Assembly: GCF_964355755.1 (NCBI RefSeq)
Contig: NC_092670.1
Span: 35,576,388-35,640,387 of the forward strand
DNA length: 64,000 nucleotides
Direction: 5' to 3'
From: Antedon mediterranea
Lineage: Eukaryota; Animalia; Echinodermata
The first letter of the stretch is position 1, and every line of letters starts with the position of its first letter. This document shows positions 51,052-64,000 of the stretch, in pieces. The notes below the pieces were generated by a model. The model was given only the letters and a program-made list of their open reading frames with translations, was not told the origin of the DNA and made no database searches. The position numbers were made by a program, and so were the translations under genes.

Positions 51052-51217
51052 TATTTATATCCTTGCTCCCAATATAATTTGCATATCACCTGAGCCATCC
51101 AGCGAAAGGGTAATCTGATTGGCTAATACAAGTAGGACGCTAGAACAATGATGGACCGATGAGGATACTAATTTGCATACAGCTTTACGGTATGGGAATT
51201 CGATTCGCCATATAAAA
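51052..51217. promoter_or_regulatory. Bidirectional H2B-H2A promoter
   Basis: TATA (minus) 51052-51059, CCAAT 51069, octamers ATTTGCAT at 51077 and 51171, ATTGG 51118, TATAAAA (plus) 51211. Confidence 0.8.
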
Positions 51218-51325
51218 TGCAATAACACCGCGAAAATCGACCAAACCTGTTGTAACCTTAAGTTGAGGGTACCGTACGTCTTGTTAATTTTAATTTAATC
51301 AAATTATACCCGTTTAACGTGCAAT

Positions 51326-51700
51326 ATGTCTGGACGTGGTAAAGGAGCTAAGGTTAAAGGAAAAGCTAAGAGTAGATCTAGCCGAGCAGGTTTGCAATTT
51401 CCCGTAGGAAGAGTACATAGATTTCTGAGAAAGGGAAATTACGCCCAGCGTATAGGTGCCGGTGCTCCGGTCTACATGGCTGCCGTATTAGAATACCTGA
51501 CTGCTGAAATTTTAGAACTTGCCGGTAATGCTGCCCGGGACAACAAGAAGACTAGGATTATACCACGTCACTTGCAACTTGCCATTCGCAACGACGAGGA
51601 ATTGAACAGATTACTAGGATCGGTGACGATTGCTCAAGGTGGTGTGTTGCCGAACATTCAATCGATACTTCTACCGAAGAAAGCTCAATCCAAGTCGTAA
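51326..51700 (+). CDS. H2A: Histone H2A (124 aa, no 3' stem-loop)
   Basis: [66 protein letters not shown]; AATAAA at ~51823. Confidence 0.98.
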   Translation: MSGRGKGAKVKGKAKSRSSRAGLQFPVGRVHRFLRKGNYAQRIGAGAPVYMAAVLEYLTAEILELAGNAARDNKKTRIIPRHLQLAIRNDEELNRLLGSVTIAQGGVLPNIQSILLPKKAQSKS

Positions 51701-53924
51701 TAAATGCATAAACTGTTCTAGAAAGAAAATACGGGACTGAACTTTATAAACTGGACATTTAACTATTGATGAGGACACTTTAGAAACTTAGTTTTGCCGT
51801 TTTATTTACGTTCGATTCTGGTAATAAAATAATTATTTTACCTATATTAAATTGTGTACGGTTTTCCTTATTTCTCTGATCCGCTATTGTCGTTATTTTA
51901 AGGCGTTTCCGATCGTAAATATTGTGTGGATTCCCTCCCTATTCGGGCCAAAATGTTGTATCGTTTAAAAGTTATTCACTCAAGAAGAACAAATTCTACT
52001 TTTCGGCTAAATTTATTTTGAAGTTTTCTATTATGTGACCAAAAATCTACAACTACACCGATATTGTCATAATACATAATACAGTAGTTCACTTTGACCA
52101 CGTTTTGGGTTGAATTTATTTTGTTTTGTGAAGTGGAAACATTTACAATGTGTTAAATAATACGATGTTATGTTATATGAGATAATATGAATTAATATGA
52201 ATGTGAATAAAAGTGGCGTTTGCGCCACAAAAGAGAAAAAAAAAAATTAACTACGAAAGTGACTTTATTGAAACTACGAAATGATTATTTTGAAGTCTTA
52301 TTTCCTTTCAACAATTTAATTATTTTGCTGTTGTGGCAGGTTACAAGAGCTGTCAAAACAATATAGATTATCTGATAAAACTCCTAGAAAGTAGGAAGCC
52401 TTTAGCCATTGTCCCCTGACTGATAAGCGAAATAATTATTTTTGTTGACTTTTTTCTGTAGAAGTGAAACTGCAAAATGGCCTATTCAAATTATGATTTT
52501 TATTTTTCATATTTTTGGAGACAATACATCCTAAACAGAAAAAACAAGGTGAAACTTTTATATTTTCAATTTTTATTTCTTACAATTTGCGTTGCCATTC
52601 TTAACGGACGAATATAATAAACATCTGTGTGTAGTGTTATTGCTAAATCAAAATAAAATAACTTAGGCGTGAAAGACAATTGGACGAGACATTGCCGTAT
52701 ATTTGAAAAAATAAAACACTAAACGCTGCAAAGAAATACTTTTCCATACGGTTGTTTACAACTGAAAGATACTCTGTACTGTATCTCTGTATAACCTTAA
52801 CATGGTATCACATGTGATTGTATTACAGAATAGGCCTACTGCAGATCACTCAGTGTGGAGATACTGTACAGAGAATCGGATGTCCGTAAATAATAATTGC
52901 ACACGCTTTGTTTCATGGAAGAAAGACACTATATAATTATAACAACATTTGTGCAAGTCGTGGTATATAATACAATACCATATTTAAAACAATAATTAGG
53001 CCTATTTTCTTCTTCCTGAGAAGAGTTAACACGCACACACATTTGTCTTAATAAAAAGAAGTACAATAAACAGAACCATATTAAATTGGTAGAATTTATG
53101 TACCACAATATGAAGACGAAAAATTACAAAGACTTTGACATCTATTTGGACCACTAACCACAAAAAAAACTATTCTTTAAAAATAAATTCTATATAAATA
53201 TTTGTGTTCATTTAACAATTCGTATACCACCATATATAAATCTTTTAATAATGAAACATAGGACTGTTATTAGACCATAAATACTAATTTTGGAAATTAG
53301 TTTCATATCTGGAGATGTTGCAAATTCATGAATATTTAATAATTATGTAAGAAAATATAAATATAACTTAATACACTGTGTGAGTAAAATTAATTTATGT
53401 AGAAATTTATTTTAAAGACAAATTTATTTTTGGGACTTATTTTCCAGAAGATTAATACAATATTTACATTATTTTTTACAAATATATCGTAGAAAACAAA
53501 TGGCAAACAATACAGTTAATTAACTTTTCACACATTTTAGCCACATAATCCCCTTTGACACTGAAATTTTGTAACATACAGTATTATAGATATAAACACC
53601 ATAAAGGTAAAGGTTCACATTGGTGAAAAGCACCAAAAATCACAAATTAAAGTGTTGTAGTGAAAAACAAACACTACACATTACTAAAGGATGATTCACA
53701 CTTTAAGCACATTGGTGTTATAAATATCCAGATTTCAGGTGTGGGCTCATTGGTGTGATCTTACAGTGTGAAAGGCGGCAGAAAAGAAATTATACATAGG
53801 CATACATTTTGAAATCAGCTGCTGCACATAAATGGCTGTGTAAGACACTATTAGACCACCTATGAATGTACATGTTACAGAGTAAACAGAATAGAACATA
53901 TTCTGACAAGATCCACTGTATCCT

Positions 53925-54440
53925 TGATGGTGCCTTTTTTTGTAGGCCTTTCTGGTGACTTTTCTTAAGCCTTGCTGGTGCTTTTTCATAGTCGATCAGT
54001 AGTGCCTTTTCGTGGACCTTTCTGGTATCTTTCCAAAGGCCTTTTTGTGTCTTTTCGTAGACCTTTCTGATAACTTTTCTTAAGCCTTTCTGATGCTTTT
54101 TCATAGTCAGTGGTGTCTTTGCAAAGGCCTTTCTGGTGTCTTTGCAAAGGTCTTTCTGGTGTCTTTCCAAAGGCCTTTCTGGTGTCTTTGCAAAGGTCTT
54201 TCTGGTGTCTTTCCAAAGGCCTTTCTGGTGTCTTTCCAAAGGCCTTTCTGGTGTCTTTCGTAGACCTTTTTGGTGTCTTTGCAAAGGCCTTTTTGGTGTC
54301 TTTGCAAAGGCCTTTCTGGTGTCTTTCGTAGACCTTTCTGGTGTCTTCGCAAAGGCCTTTCTGGTGTCTTTCCAAAGGCCTTTCTGGAGTCTTTCGTAGA
54401 CCTTTCTGGCGTTTTTGCAAAGGCCTTTCTGGTGTCTTTA
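53925..54440. repeat. 22-bp minisatellite (~20 copies)
   Basis: AAAGGCCTTTCTGGTGTCTTT(CC/GC) units, which account for the overlapping repetitive ORFs. Confidence 0.92.
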
Positions 54441-55198
54441 TGTCTTTCCGATGTCATTTCGTAGCACTTTTTTGTTTTTACACAGTCCTTCAATTTATGG
54501 CATGTGTTTGTATGCCTTGTTTTTTGTACGCCTTGTTTTTTGTTCACCTTCCTCAAATGTTTTACTGGCTTTTAATGTGATCCCAACAGCTAAAAACTCA
54601 CACTCTTACTGTGGGTTTAGTGATAATACACTGCTTTATCCTATAAAGATTCTCTCTTTTTAATTATTTAAAACCGAAATGGAATGAGTGTTGTGTTTTT
54701 GTATTTACATTCAGGAATAAAAAATATTCATTAAAAATCCATACCCTTAACAATTAAATAGAGGATGTAAATGAAGTGGACCAATCTCACCTTACATAGA
54801 TTAGTACCATCAATATGTTTTCTTAATTTTTAATTTAAATTAACCATATCAATAGTCAATAATTAAATACTATACTGTATCAAATGTCGGTAGACAATAA
54901 TAACAGAAAATTCTGTTAATGCCATGTTAAACAGTATTATTACTGTTCATAAACCAGCTATTCAGCCCATTTACATAACTAAAGTTAGTGTAAACCAATG
55001 CTAAATCTTTGAGGTCAGAGGTTTATGACGTTCCATTACATTGTACAAGCCGTTAAGGGAAAACATTTGCTTGTAAATACCATAATGAATAAGGTGCCAA
55101 CAACAACACATTTATGTAATCTTTAATGCCACTAGATTTCTTGGTCACTATCTGTGATTGGCTTGAGTTTATATTGTCAATAACATTTGATATTTGAA

Positions 55199-58100
55199 CT
55201 ATGTGTGCCGTGATTTTATGATCCATTCTGCTGTCGGATTTATTTTTACTATCGTTAACATGTCAGTCTCAGGATCAAGACATCGTCCACCTAAAAAAAA
55301 TTAAATCATAAGAATAATAATATTTATGAACAGCAGACAACATATTACATTGAGTAAACAAACAATAGTTTAAAGGTGGGTGGCATTTCGTTTATAGGTG
55401 CTCCAGACAGCCCCTTTAAACACAACCTTGTTCATGGTAGCCATTGGCTTTATGTTGATACTGCTTTTGGTAATAGCTTTAGATTGTACCGCATGGGAAA
55501 GGTTTTTTTTCCTTGCTCTATTCGATGATAAATCAAATGCAATTTGGACCCCATTGGAAATGGGCTGGTTTTTTCCGGCCTAATGGGTGTTCCTGATGCG
55601 TTATTTTGTCTTTTAGCATCAAATAAATTCAATCAATCAATAGGTCACCGGTTCTATCAAATGGAAATCTCCCTACCTTGTAATGAGCGACAGCCCATCA
55701 TGTATCAGTACCTCGACATCTTTAAATGCACATTTTTACTTTTCATTATATTATATATTTTGTTTTTGGACCAGCCATAAGAAAATCTCTAGGGAAGGTA
55801 ATATTATCATGATATTACTACTATTGTAGGACTAAAGCTATGTTCATATTGAGCCCGGATACATGTACCATTTGTAGGGAATCTGAAATGATTTCAAGGC
55901 TCCCAGCTCAATGTGAACACAGCCTTAAATAACATAACATTACTTACATAAGTTTCCTCCTATTTCGTAAAGGTAGAATTTATTTTTGTACATAATGTTA
56001 CCAACTCCACAATCATCAATTGAAGGCTGCCGACTGAAAAAAAAGTAAATAACAACAATCACATTATTAAATTTAGAGACATTGAACTCCTGTATATGAC
56101 CAATAAATTCAAATTATAACACTTCCATTATTAAATTAAAAAACATTAAACTAAATACTGTATATGACCAATTATAATCCCATGCTCCTTTACCCTCTTT
56201 TAGACAAAATTCCGACACAAGAATCCAATGTTAATTCAACTCAAGGATAATTTTTCAGTTCATTTACGGTTACCTTATTATTCCAGATGATCATATAATT
56301 ATATGATCAAATAAAGTCACAAATTTCCTCAACTTATAGTTTCAAATTTAATACATTTTCAGTATATCCCCGAGCGGTTTAAGATTTGTATTATATATTA
56401 ATACCTATACCCTTTTCACATCAATTTGTAACAAGTTGTAACCAGATTTGCATAGTGTGAGTCCCTTGTGAATCCTCGGAAGAAAAAAAACACATCAACA
56501 ATAGGCCTGTGTTTTTGTCCCGAGATGTTCCGAGTTCTTACTGCGCATGCGTGTATTGCCCTAACTGACCAATCATAGTAAGCAAATAGCGCAACTATTC
56601 TTTCCTCCCGAGATTTCACGCATATGTATGTGTGAAAACATGTAATAAGTCGAGAGATCAAACCTGGTTACAAGTTGTTACAATTTATGCAGATGTGAAA
56701 GGGTATTATATTAAATTCATTTTTAGATTTTTACCTTTGTAACGTTGCTGCTTTCTTTTCGTATTTTGTTTGGCTTGGCCGCCTTGTTGGAAGTGTTATA
56801 ATAGGTTCTGCATCGCGGATAAACTTAGCTACTATATCTCCGGCTGTTGTTTTCTCACTCAGTTGTATCGTCGTACAAATCTTTGTAAATTCTGGCGCCC
56901 TCACACGTATAACACCATCCCTTGCATCTTCCTGAAAGAAAATACATGAAAATTCTTAATTTTGTTATGTTTTGTAGTATCTGACAATGACATGTACATA
57001 CTACATGTACTAAACAATTGTTTGTTTTGTTTTGATATATTTAGGCAAACTGCCAAAGATAATCATGAGAACAATTTTTCATTATCCTTCTTAAAGGTGG
57101 CAATCCTGTTCACAAGATGCTCTACAAACAAAGTCTTATAACAAGTCTTTGGGAGTGGAGTTGTCAATTTTCATTAGAAAAAATCCTGACATATGACAGG
57201 ACTTGGATAGGTAGCCAAGCATCATAACCACCACAATGTAAATAGAATTAGAGAAAGTGTCTGATTCAGGTTTGAGAAGCTTACCTCATACTGGCTCATC
57301 TTCTTGTCACCTTTTCCTCTACCTTTAAATAATGTCATTACCTGAAACAAATAAACCAAATATTAATTTTATGCTACTACAGTATACCAACTATATTTTG
57401 GAAAACCTTACTTGCCATGTAAATCTTTTTAAAACCCTTGGCTTGGTAATAGCTTAATTTATAGCTCATAAAGCTTGTATTTAATTACTAGCATCAATTA
57501 GTAGAATGAGAAAAGTTTAATAAAACAAGATTTTTTACTGTATTATTAGTGCATGAAAATGCATGAATATACACTAAGGGGCGATAACCTCATGTGTAAA
57601 GTGAATTTACGAGTATAGCTAATAGCTTATAATCTGAACTAATTTGTGAGTTATCACGTATCATTTATAATATTGGTAAATCCACACTGGCTTTTAACGA
57701 TTTTAGTAAAATATTTTGTCCTCTGTCTCTGAGCACTTGCTCATCTGTGGAGAGATAGGAACTTTGTATATTCTTTTCATAGTGTTCAGGGTAGCAACAG
57801 AGTGAGGTCAGATTTCTAAAGCTCTGTCTACACTATCAAACTTAATGTGACAAAAAAATGTGATGTGCCCATATATGGACATGATGATTTCCATATATCA
57901 TCTAATATATTTGGGAATATCAATACCATATTTGAGAATATCACTACCATATTTGGGAATATCACTACCATATTTGGGCACATGTTTTTTTTAAAACTAG
58001 TTTGATAGTGTAGACAGAGCTTTACACTCATGTGGGGCTTAGGGCGTGGAGTAAAAGAGTTGTGAGTTACAACCCTGGGTCTGAACCATTGGAAGGCAAG

Positions 58101-60872
58101 CATGTACTTTACTTGGTTCCTGATGTATTAACATATAAACTTAACAATTATTTTGAGCCCTATAAGGCATATGAATGCTTAAATAATATTCTTAATTATT
58201 TCCTCTTTCAGTTAAAATTCTAAAGGTAAAATAAAAAAAAAATTACTTACTGATTTACTATCTTTAGATTTCCTTGTCTCAGCTTCATAAATCTTCCTAA
58301 CTTGTAGTAACATCTTAGTTGGAACCTAGAAATTGTTTTCAATATAGTAATCACATATGTATTTTTCATGAAAGTATTGTACATATAAGAAACATATGAT
58401 TTTTATTTCTATCAAAACATTGTATTTATTTTATTTTTTTTTTAAGATCATCAAGTCAATCAATCAAAATAACATTGAGTTCCAATAATGGTGGCATCAC
58501 AAAGAAGTGTCAAGGACGACAAAAGAAAACAGAAAAAAGCAAAAAATATATATATATATATAAATCACAGAAATGAAAATAACAATAAGTGAGGTTTAAA
58601 TGAGGAAAAATTTTAACAATCGGATTTGTTTTCTAATTTGTACACAACAAAAAATACTTACGACCCATAAGATATGATGATACCGGATGAGCATTCGCAT
58701 CACATTGGAAATTCCCGCTGCCATATACAACTCATCAAAGACTGGAGATTTCTTGTGCGAAGCTTTTGCGGTGAACAGATTTGGCGCCATGATCATTGCA
58801 ACGTTATTTAAGGTCATCTTGTTATACCTCTCATTCGCGACTACTTTACTTAAGAACTGAAGTAACAACTGAAAGATGATAAACAAATTGAATTAAAATC
58901 ATCGGTAAATTGGACTTTATTACATTTAACAAACATTTATATTTATTTATATTACAATATACTATAAAATGGACATTTGACTATCAATCCATTCAACTGT
59001 AAATGAGTAGGCCTACCTGGGTAAAAAATATTAAGGATGTTTAGTCAGTATGGAAAGGAACTGCTCCCCCACCCCCCTACCACATAAGGCTTAGTACAAC
59101 ACTTCCTAACAGCTCATTTTCTTACGTTCAGACTGAATATGGGAGGGACTTCACTACTTTCATAAACAATTCTGTTCTACAAACGGATTTAATTAACCTT
59201 ACCTTTAATGTAGCCCTGTGAACATCAGATAAGACAAGAATAAGAAGATTTAGACACTGTAACTGGCGTTTTCTATCAGGAATTCCTTTAACAAAGAAAA
59301 TAAATATTAGTTAATATTAATACTGCTTGTTTGTTGAGAGCTCAGAACTAAGCAGACTGTGGCGTACTCACAGGCTTACAAGCTTAAGTTACACCATTTG
59401 GTTTAGTCACGGTTAATAGCGTTTGGCAGAATTTTATTTACATATACTTGTTATCATCGATCAATAAATCTTAGGCACATTAAGTTCATGATATCCAGAT
59501 TATTTTCATTTATTTTAAACACATCTTACGTTCTATTTGAGCAAATCCACTTATGTACTCCATCATCAGAATTGGTGTTGGTAGTTCTCGCAAGAATTGT
59601 TTCAGAAGCCCTACCATGTCGTTCACTCGGATTTCATCAAAATTAAATTTGCCATCATAGAAATTTTCCTCAATATCTTGTTTAAGAACCTGCAAAACAT
59701 AAATAAAAATAAAAAAATAAATATAGATATTTATTAAAACAAAATAGTATTTACTTTTTATTTTTCAATGTACAATACTGATATACTTTGTGGTCATACT
59801 GTCTAACAAATAGTTTTACAAGTAGGTGATTGGTTTATTTGTAGTCATATGACACATCTAACAACTAACAGTAATGTTACTTTAAATCAACAATTCTTTC
59901 TACTTGTTCAATGCAGTGCATCAAGATAATTACTGCAGTCACATGACAAACAATCTAACAACTAACAAGATGAGACTTGGAGAGGAAGTTCACAAATTGG
60001 GACAGGCTGATAATTATTGCACAGCCTGCAATTACGGAAACCATCAATTTGAGTGGTAAATCCGCAGAGTACAAAGAACTATGTTTTAAAACATGTACTG
60101 CTAGTATACGTTTGCAGGACACTGTACAATACGTGTGCCCATGGGTAAGGTTTGTATGCCCTTGAATGTTACAGATTAAACATCTTTGTTAGACCAAAAG
60201 CGAGGGAAAATGGCACACAGGTGTGTTAGATAGGATGGCATAGGATTTGGTAGAAAATTTGTTATTGTCCTAATGCCAGTGTGTTAGCAATTGAGTCATT
60301 ATATCATCTCTTTTGCTACAGTTTTAAGTGGTATGATAGAGTCATTCAAGTGCTAAATGTTCCATCCTAATATATAGATGAAAATACCAGATTAAATAAA
60401 TTATTAAAATTATTGATAATTTCCTTATTTACATTACTTGAAAATTTTTTCAACCTTAAATACAATTATGACAATGATGATGATGGCATAATATTGTTTA
60501 TTATATTTTTTGCATTGATATCTTTTGAGTTTTTATGACAAATGATGATGATTATTTATATTAATACGGCTATAATGGTGGCGGTTTAATAGGATACTGA
60601 TTCATATACCTGTATCTGAAAGTAATATTACAAATATATTTTATGATGATGGATTATTAAGATTATGATGATATGATAATGACGATCATCACATTTTTTC
60701 ATTCATTTGGTCATGATAAAGAATCTTTAATTTAGATAACAATGTCAGCTAGAACTACCAAGATTATTGAAAGTTTATAATGTTAAATTCTCACCCTGAT
60801 TCTTGCAGCAGACCCTGGCACCCTAAGTACACCTTCATCTGTTAAAGCTTTCTCTTCTAATTTGGAAATTAA
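55199..60872 (-). CDS. Rho GTPase-activating protein, ARHGAP18/28/40 (conundrum)-like; 3' nine exons, 5' part not located in the window
   Basis: Exons 60872-60795, 59689-59530, 59285-59203, 58868-58662, 58325-58251, 57341-57285, 56931-56735, 56033-55948 and 55290-55199 are in frame. Motifs: EGVLRVPGS arginine finger, LLKQFLRELPTP, NKMTLNNVAMIMAPNLF, GVIRVRAP and LYEIGGNLCGRCLD..NPTAEWIIKS. Confidence 0.92.
56408..56706. mobile_element. MITE in RhoGAP intron
   Basis: ATACCCTTTTCACATC ... GATGTGAAAGGGTAT, with subterminal TTGTAACAA(G/C)TTGTAACCAG inverted. Confidence 0.75.
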
Positions 60873-63574
60873 CTGAAAAAAAAGAGTTAAAGAAAGAACA
60901 CTTTATTTATATGATATAATATAACTAAATAATTAATATAAAAGTATTAAAAGACTGTTCCAAGATTTGAACAAAAGACCTTTGAATTAGAAGGCAGCCG
61001 TGTTCTTGTTACCAAAAAATGACAAAGTAAAAATAAACCGTACATCATCCATCCACATGGTTCCTTACCACACAAATTTGAAAACTACAGTAATCACCAA
61101 CCTCTAATTTCCTATCTTAAAAACAGGGTATATACCTGTAAGAAAGGTAATGACGGTGCAGAAGCGCAAACCAGAAAAATTATCAAATTACTTTGGTGCG
61201 ATCACTGCGTTTCTTACTGATCAAAACAGGTAACATGGTACAGGTGTTGGGTGATTTGCGGTTGCAATCTCAATTACGGCGGGCCTTTGAATTCATAGTA
61301 CCCCAGGCTAGCTCCAGGCTATTATACAAGTTTAATGCAGCTAAAGGAAGACGCTTATCTATCTGTGCCGCTTTACTGATTAAGAACGTTTTTATCAAGG
61401 AAACGTGTTAGAAACTACACTGAATGGACACTTTCTATCAGTAATCATATGACACAAGGGAAATATGGGTCTATGTTAGCCGAAACTAAGTGTTGGCCGA
61501 CATAAATATTTTCAAACCTTAATTAACCTATAAATAAATTAGCCTCGGTCAAAAATTGTAATGGTGAAAGTTGAAAATAAGGCAATGATTAAAAGACTAT
61601 TATCTAATAGTACACTGTCAAAATTAATGAAAAAAAACATTCAAAATTGTATGTTTACTCTAAGTAGTCTATGCAATATTTAGCAAGTTTTAAGGGGTAA
61701 TCATACACACCTTCTTGAACGGCCTCATAAACTTTGAAACAAATTAAAAACAAAGGTTCTGGCAGTAAAGTATATAGTTACTGCAGTAACTGCAGTATTC
61801 CAAGACACGGCTCCTATTAGAGTGGTATTAAAACAACAGAGCCACTACGAACAAGATTCACGGTAGCAGAAAACAAAGTGCTGTCATTAAATTCAATCCC
61901 TACGGTAAGACCAAATTAACAATCACTTCAACAACCAAATCAAAGTTCATGACATCAAACAACATACCCGTTTGTAAAACCCCCATAAAGGATATTGGAC
62001 ACGAAAGCAGTTTCCACACCACCAAACCAAGCCAATAGTAGAGAAGCTTTAATTAGCTATAGAAAGTATATTAATGCGGTTTGTAAATCAGTTCCAGAAA
62101 AGTAAGTGGAAATGCGTTAGTGGAGTCATTTGGTCCTTCAATTGACCATGTTGATGATGGACAATGGGAAGTTGTTAATGTATGTTTGTTTAATTTTAAT
62201 ACTTTACCACCTGGTTAGTCGGCTTGGATTTTGTAAATGTTTTGATATATGAATGTCTATTTAATGAAGTTTGATTGTTTTGTGGAGAAAAAAAACTATA
62301 AATAATGAATGACATCCTATAGCAAACATTTTATCTGTGTGCGGCAAAAATAAAAAACAGCCACACCTACATCTGCGGACTGAACAAATTGATAGGACAA
62401 ATAAAAATAATTTACACAAAAAATGTCAACTTCAACAAAAATAATATACTAAATAATCAATAACAACATTATTAATGCACATTAAATACTAAATTTTCCA
62501 CTTTAGAAACTTTCCTCTTATCAAGGTCAATCCACTTTAGAAACTTTCCTCTTATCAACGTCAATCCAGAAAAAAAGCAAACATGTGATGTAGTAACATA
62601 AAACCGTAATTTAAATTTTTAAACAAAATGTATTCAACGTTTAAATAGTTAACTGGAATTCAATGGATTTTTGGTTGAATTTAACTGTATATTATGAGCG
62701 AAATCATAATTGTTGTCCTTTTATTTGTCATTAAAAGTGAATAACTTGAATAAAATTAATAATTTCATTAGGTTTTACTAATTTTATTCAAATAATAAAA
62801 TGAAATGAAATCTTTATTTTTCATGTTTTGGTGACAATACATCTTATTATTTGATATTATTTTTTCTTTTTTTAAAGTAGCCTATATACTGTATTTAAAA
62901 ATATAAAAAATTTCCTTGTTCCTTAAAATTCATTTACTTAAATTCAATTATTAAAATTGGCTCAATATCAGTATGGGATATAAGCTGATTACACTTGTTT
63001 ATTCGAATTGTTGGTGTCTGTGTCTACATATCAGATACATTTTATCCTAAGTTTAGGAGGATACAATCCAGATGAATGCTATAGTCATTGCAACTCCTAT
63101 AAAAGTACACACTGGGGATAGCCAGATAAAAACCAGGTACAAGTTCACACAATATTCACGAACACAGGAACAATTAAAATCATCGTTTAATTAGTAATGG
63201 TTACATTTAAAACGTTTTACCCGTAATAACAAATATGTGGTCAAAGTGAGAATTTGGTGAAATTGGTGACAGGCACCTCATTAAAATTATCAATTATAAC
63301 TGTTTTGTCATTGTAAATTTGCAATAAAATTATTTTATTTCTATTATCGTTGCATGTAAACATAAATCTAAATTTTTAATATTACTCAATTTGATTTATC
63401 TTCAAACATTGCATTTGGAGACATACTACTGTAGGTGGTGATTAAGTTCAATTTTTAGAAATCCTGTCTCTGCCTGGTGGCTGTATTTGGTTTTTTGTTG
63501 TTGTTGCATTATATTTTATTTATATGTATTTTTTAGGCAAAATAAATAAAATACGTAAAAATAGAAATTGATAA

Positions 63575-64000
63575 AGATGTATTGTCCCTTTGACTAATTC
63601 CAAAAAAATTAAAAATTAAAGATTTCGAAAAAAGGTGGGTCATTTTGAAGTATCATATAGTTATTAACTATCACCAAAAATTTTTCGAAAAAAAACCAAA
63701 TTTAACTGAAATACAGACGTTTTTTGTTAAAAAAATAACTTTGACTTCCAGTCAAAGTTTTCAATCAAAACATATCCCATAATGAAACGCGCTTGTTTGG
63801 CTACTCTGTATGCATAATCATAAAACTTCCTCATGATCTGTGTGAAAATACCTTCTTAACCGTGACGAGTTGTAAACAATCCTAATTTAGCATATGCATA
63901 ATGCATACTCATGGTTTGAAATCTTTGTTTACTTTCGCTCGTGACGATTTTCCAGATGAAATGTAATCAAACTAATTTACCTGTTAATTACGTAAACTTG
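63575..64000 (+). mobile_element. Kolobok-like element running off the window end
   Basis: Starts AGATGTATTGTCCCTTTGAC; near-identical reverse complement of 44397-44821. Confidence 0.82.

Noticed and set aside
60900-63570. Further RhoGAP exons or conserved enhancer (TAAT/ACAAT-rich stretch at ~61.0-62.4 kb)
   Set aside because: No exon encoding the expected FGVPL..P segment was found, and motif content alone is insufficient without cross-species alignment.

Overview
AT-rich eukaryotic (metazoan) genomic window with spliced genes and dense repeats. The gene content and TAGGCCTA richness suggest an invertebrate deuterostome, probably an echinoderm (inference). Positions 1259-16963 are one 15.7-kb Foldback/MULE-type element, with matching terminal inverted repeats and a 9-bp target-site duplication (TAAACCTAG). 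Its interior is about 79 copies of a ~195-bp satellite in two opposed arms with higher-order repeats. Next are two minus-strand, multi-exon paralogs encoding small Cys-rich single-pass proteins of WBP1/VOPP1/Shisa-like type; one has four tandem Cys modules built by exon duplication, and a third paralog probably starts at ~17.1 kb. A second TIR element (25.5-32.4 kb) holds nested Penelope and LINE cargo. Then come an ST8Sia-like sialyltransferase, MORN2 head-to-head with a gene fusing a SATB/DVE-type ULD (COMPASS) domain to a FLYWCH-type zinc finger, three stem-loop-less H2B/H2A genes, and the 3' part of an ARHGAP18/28/40-like RhoGAP. Many MITEs, a hAT element with an 8-bp TSD and LINE/SINE fragments are interspersed. 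All gene models were assembled by eye from splice signals and frame continuity; family calls rest on recalled motifs, not database searches.
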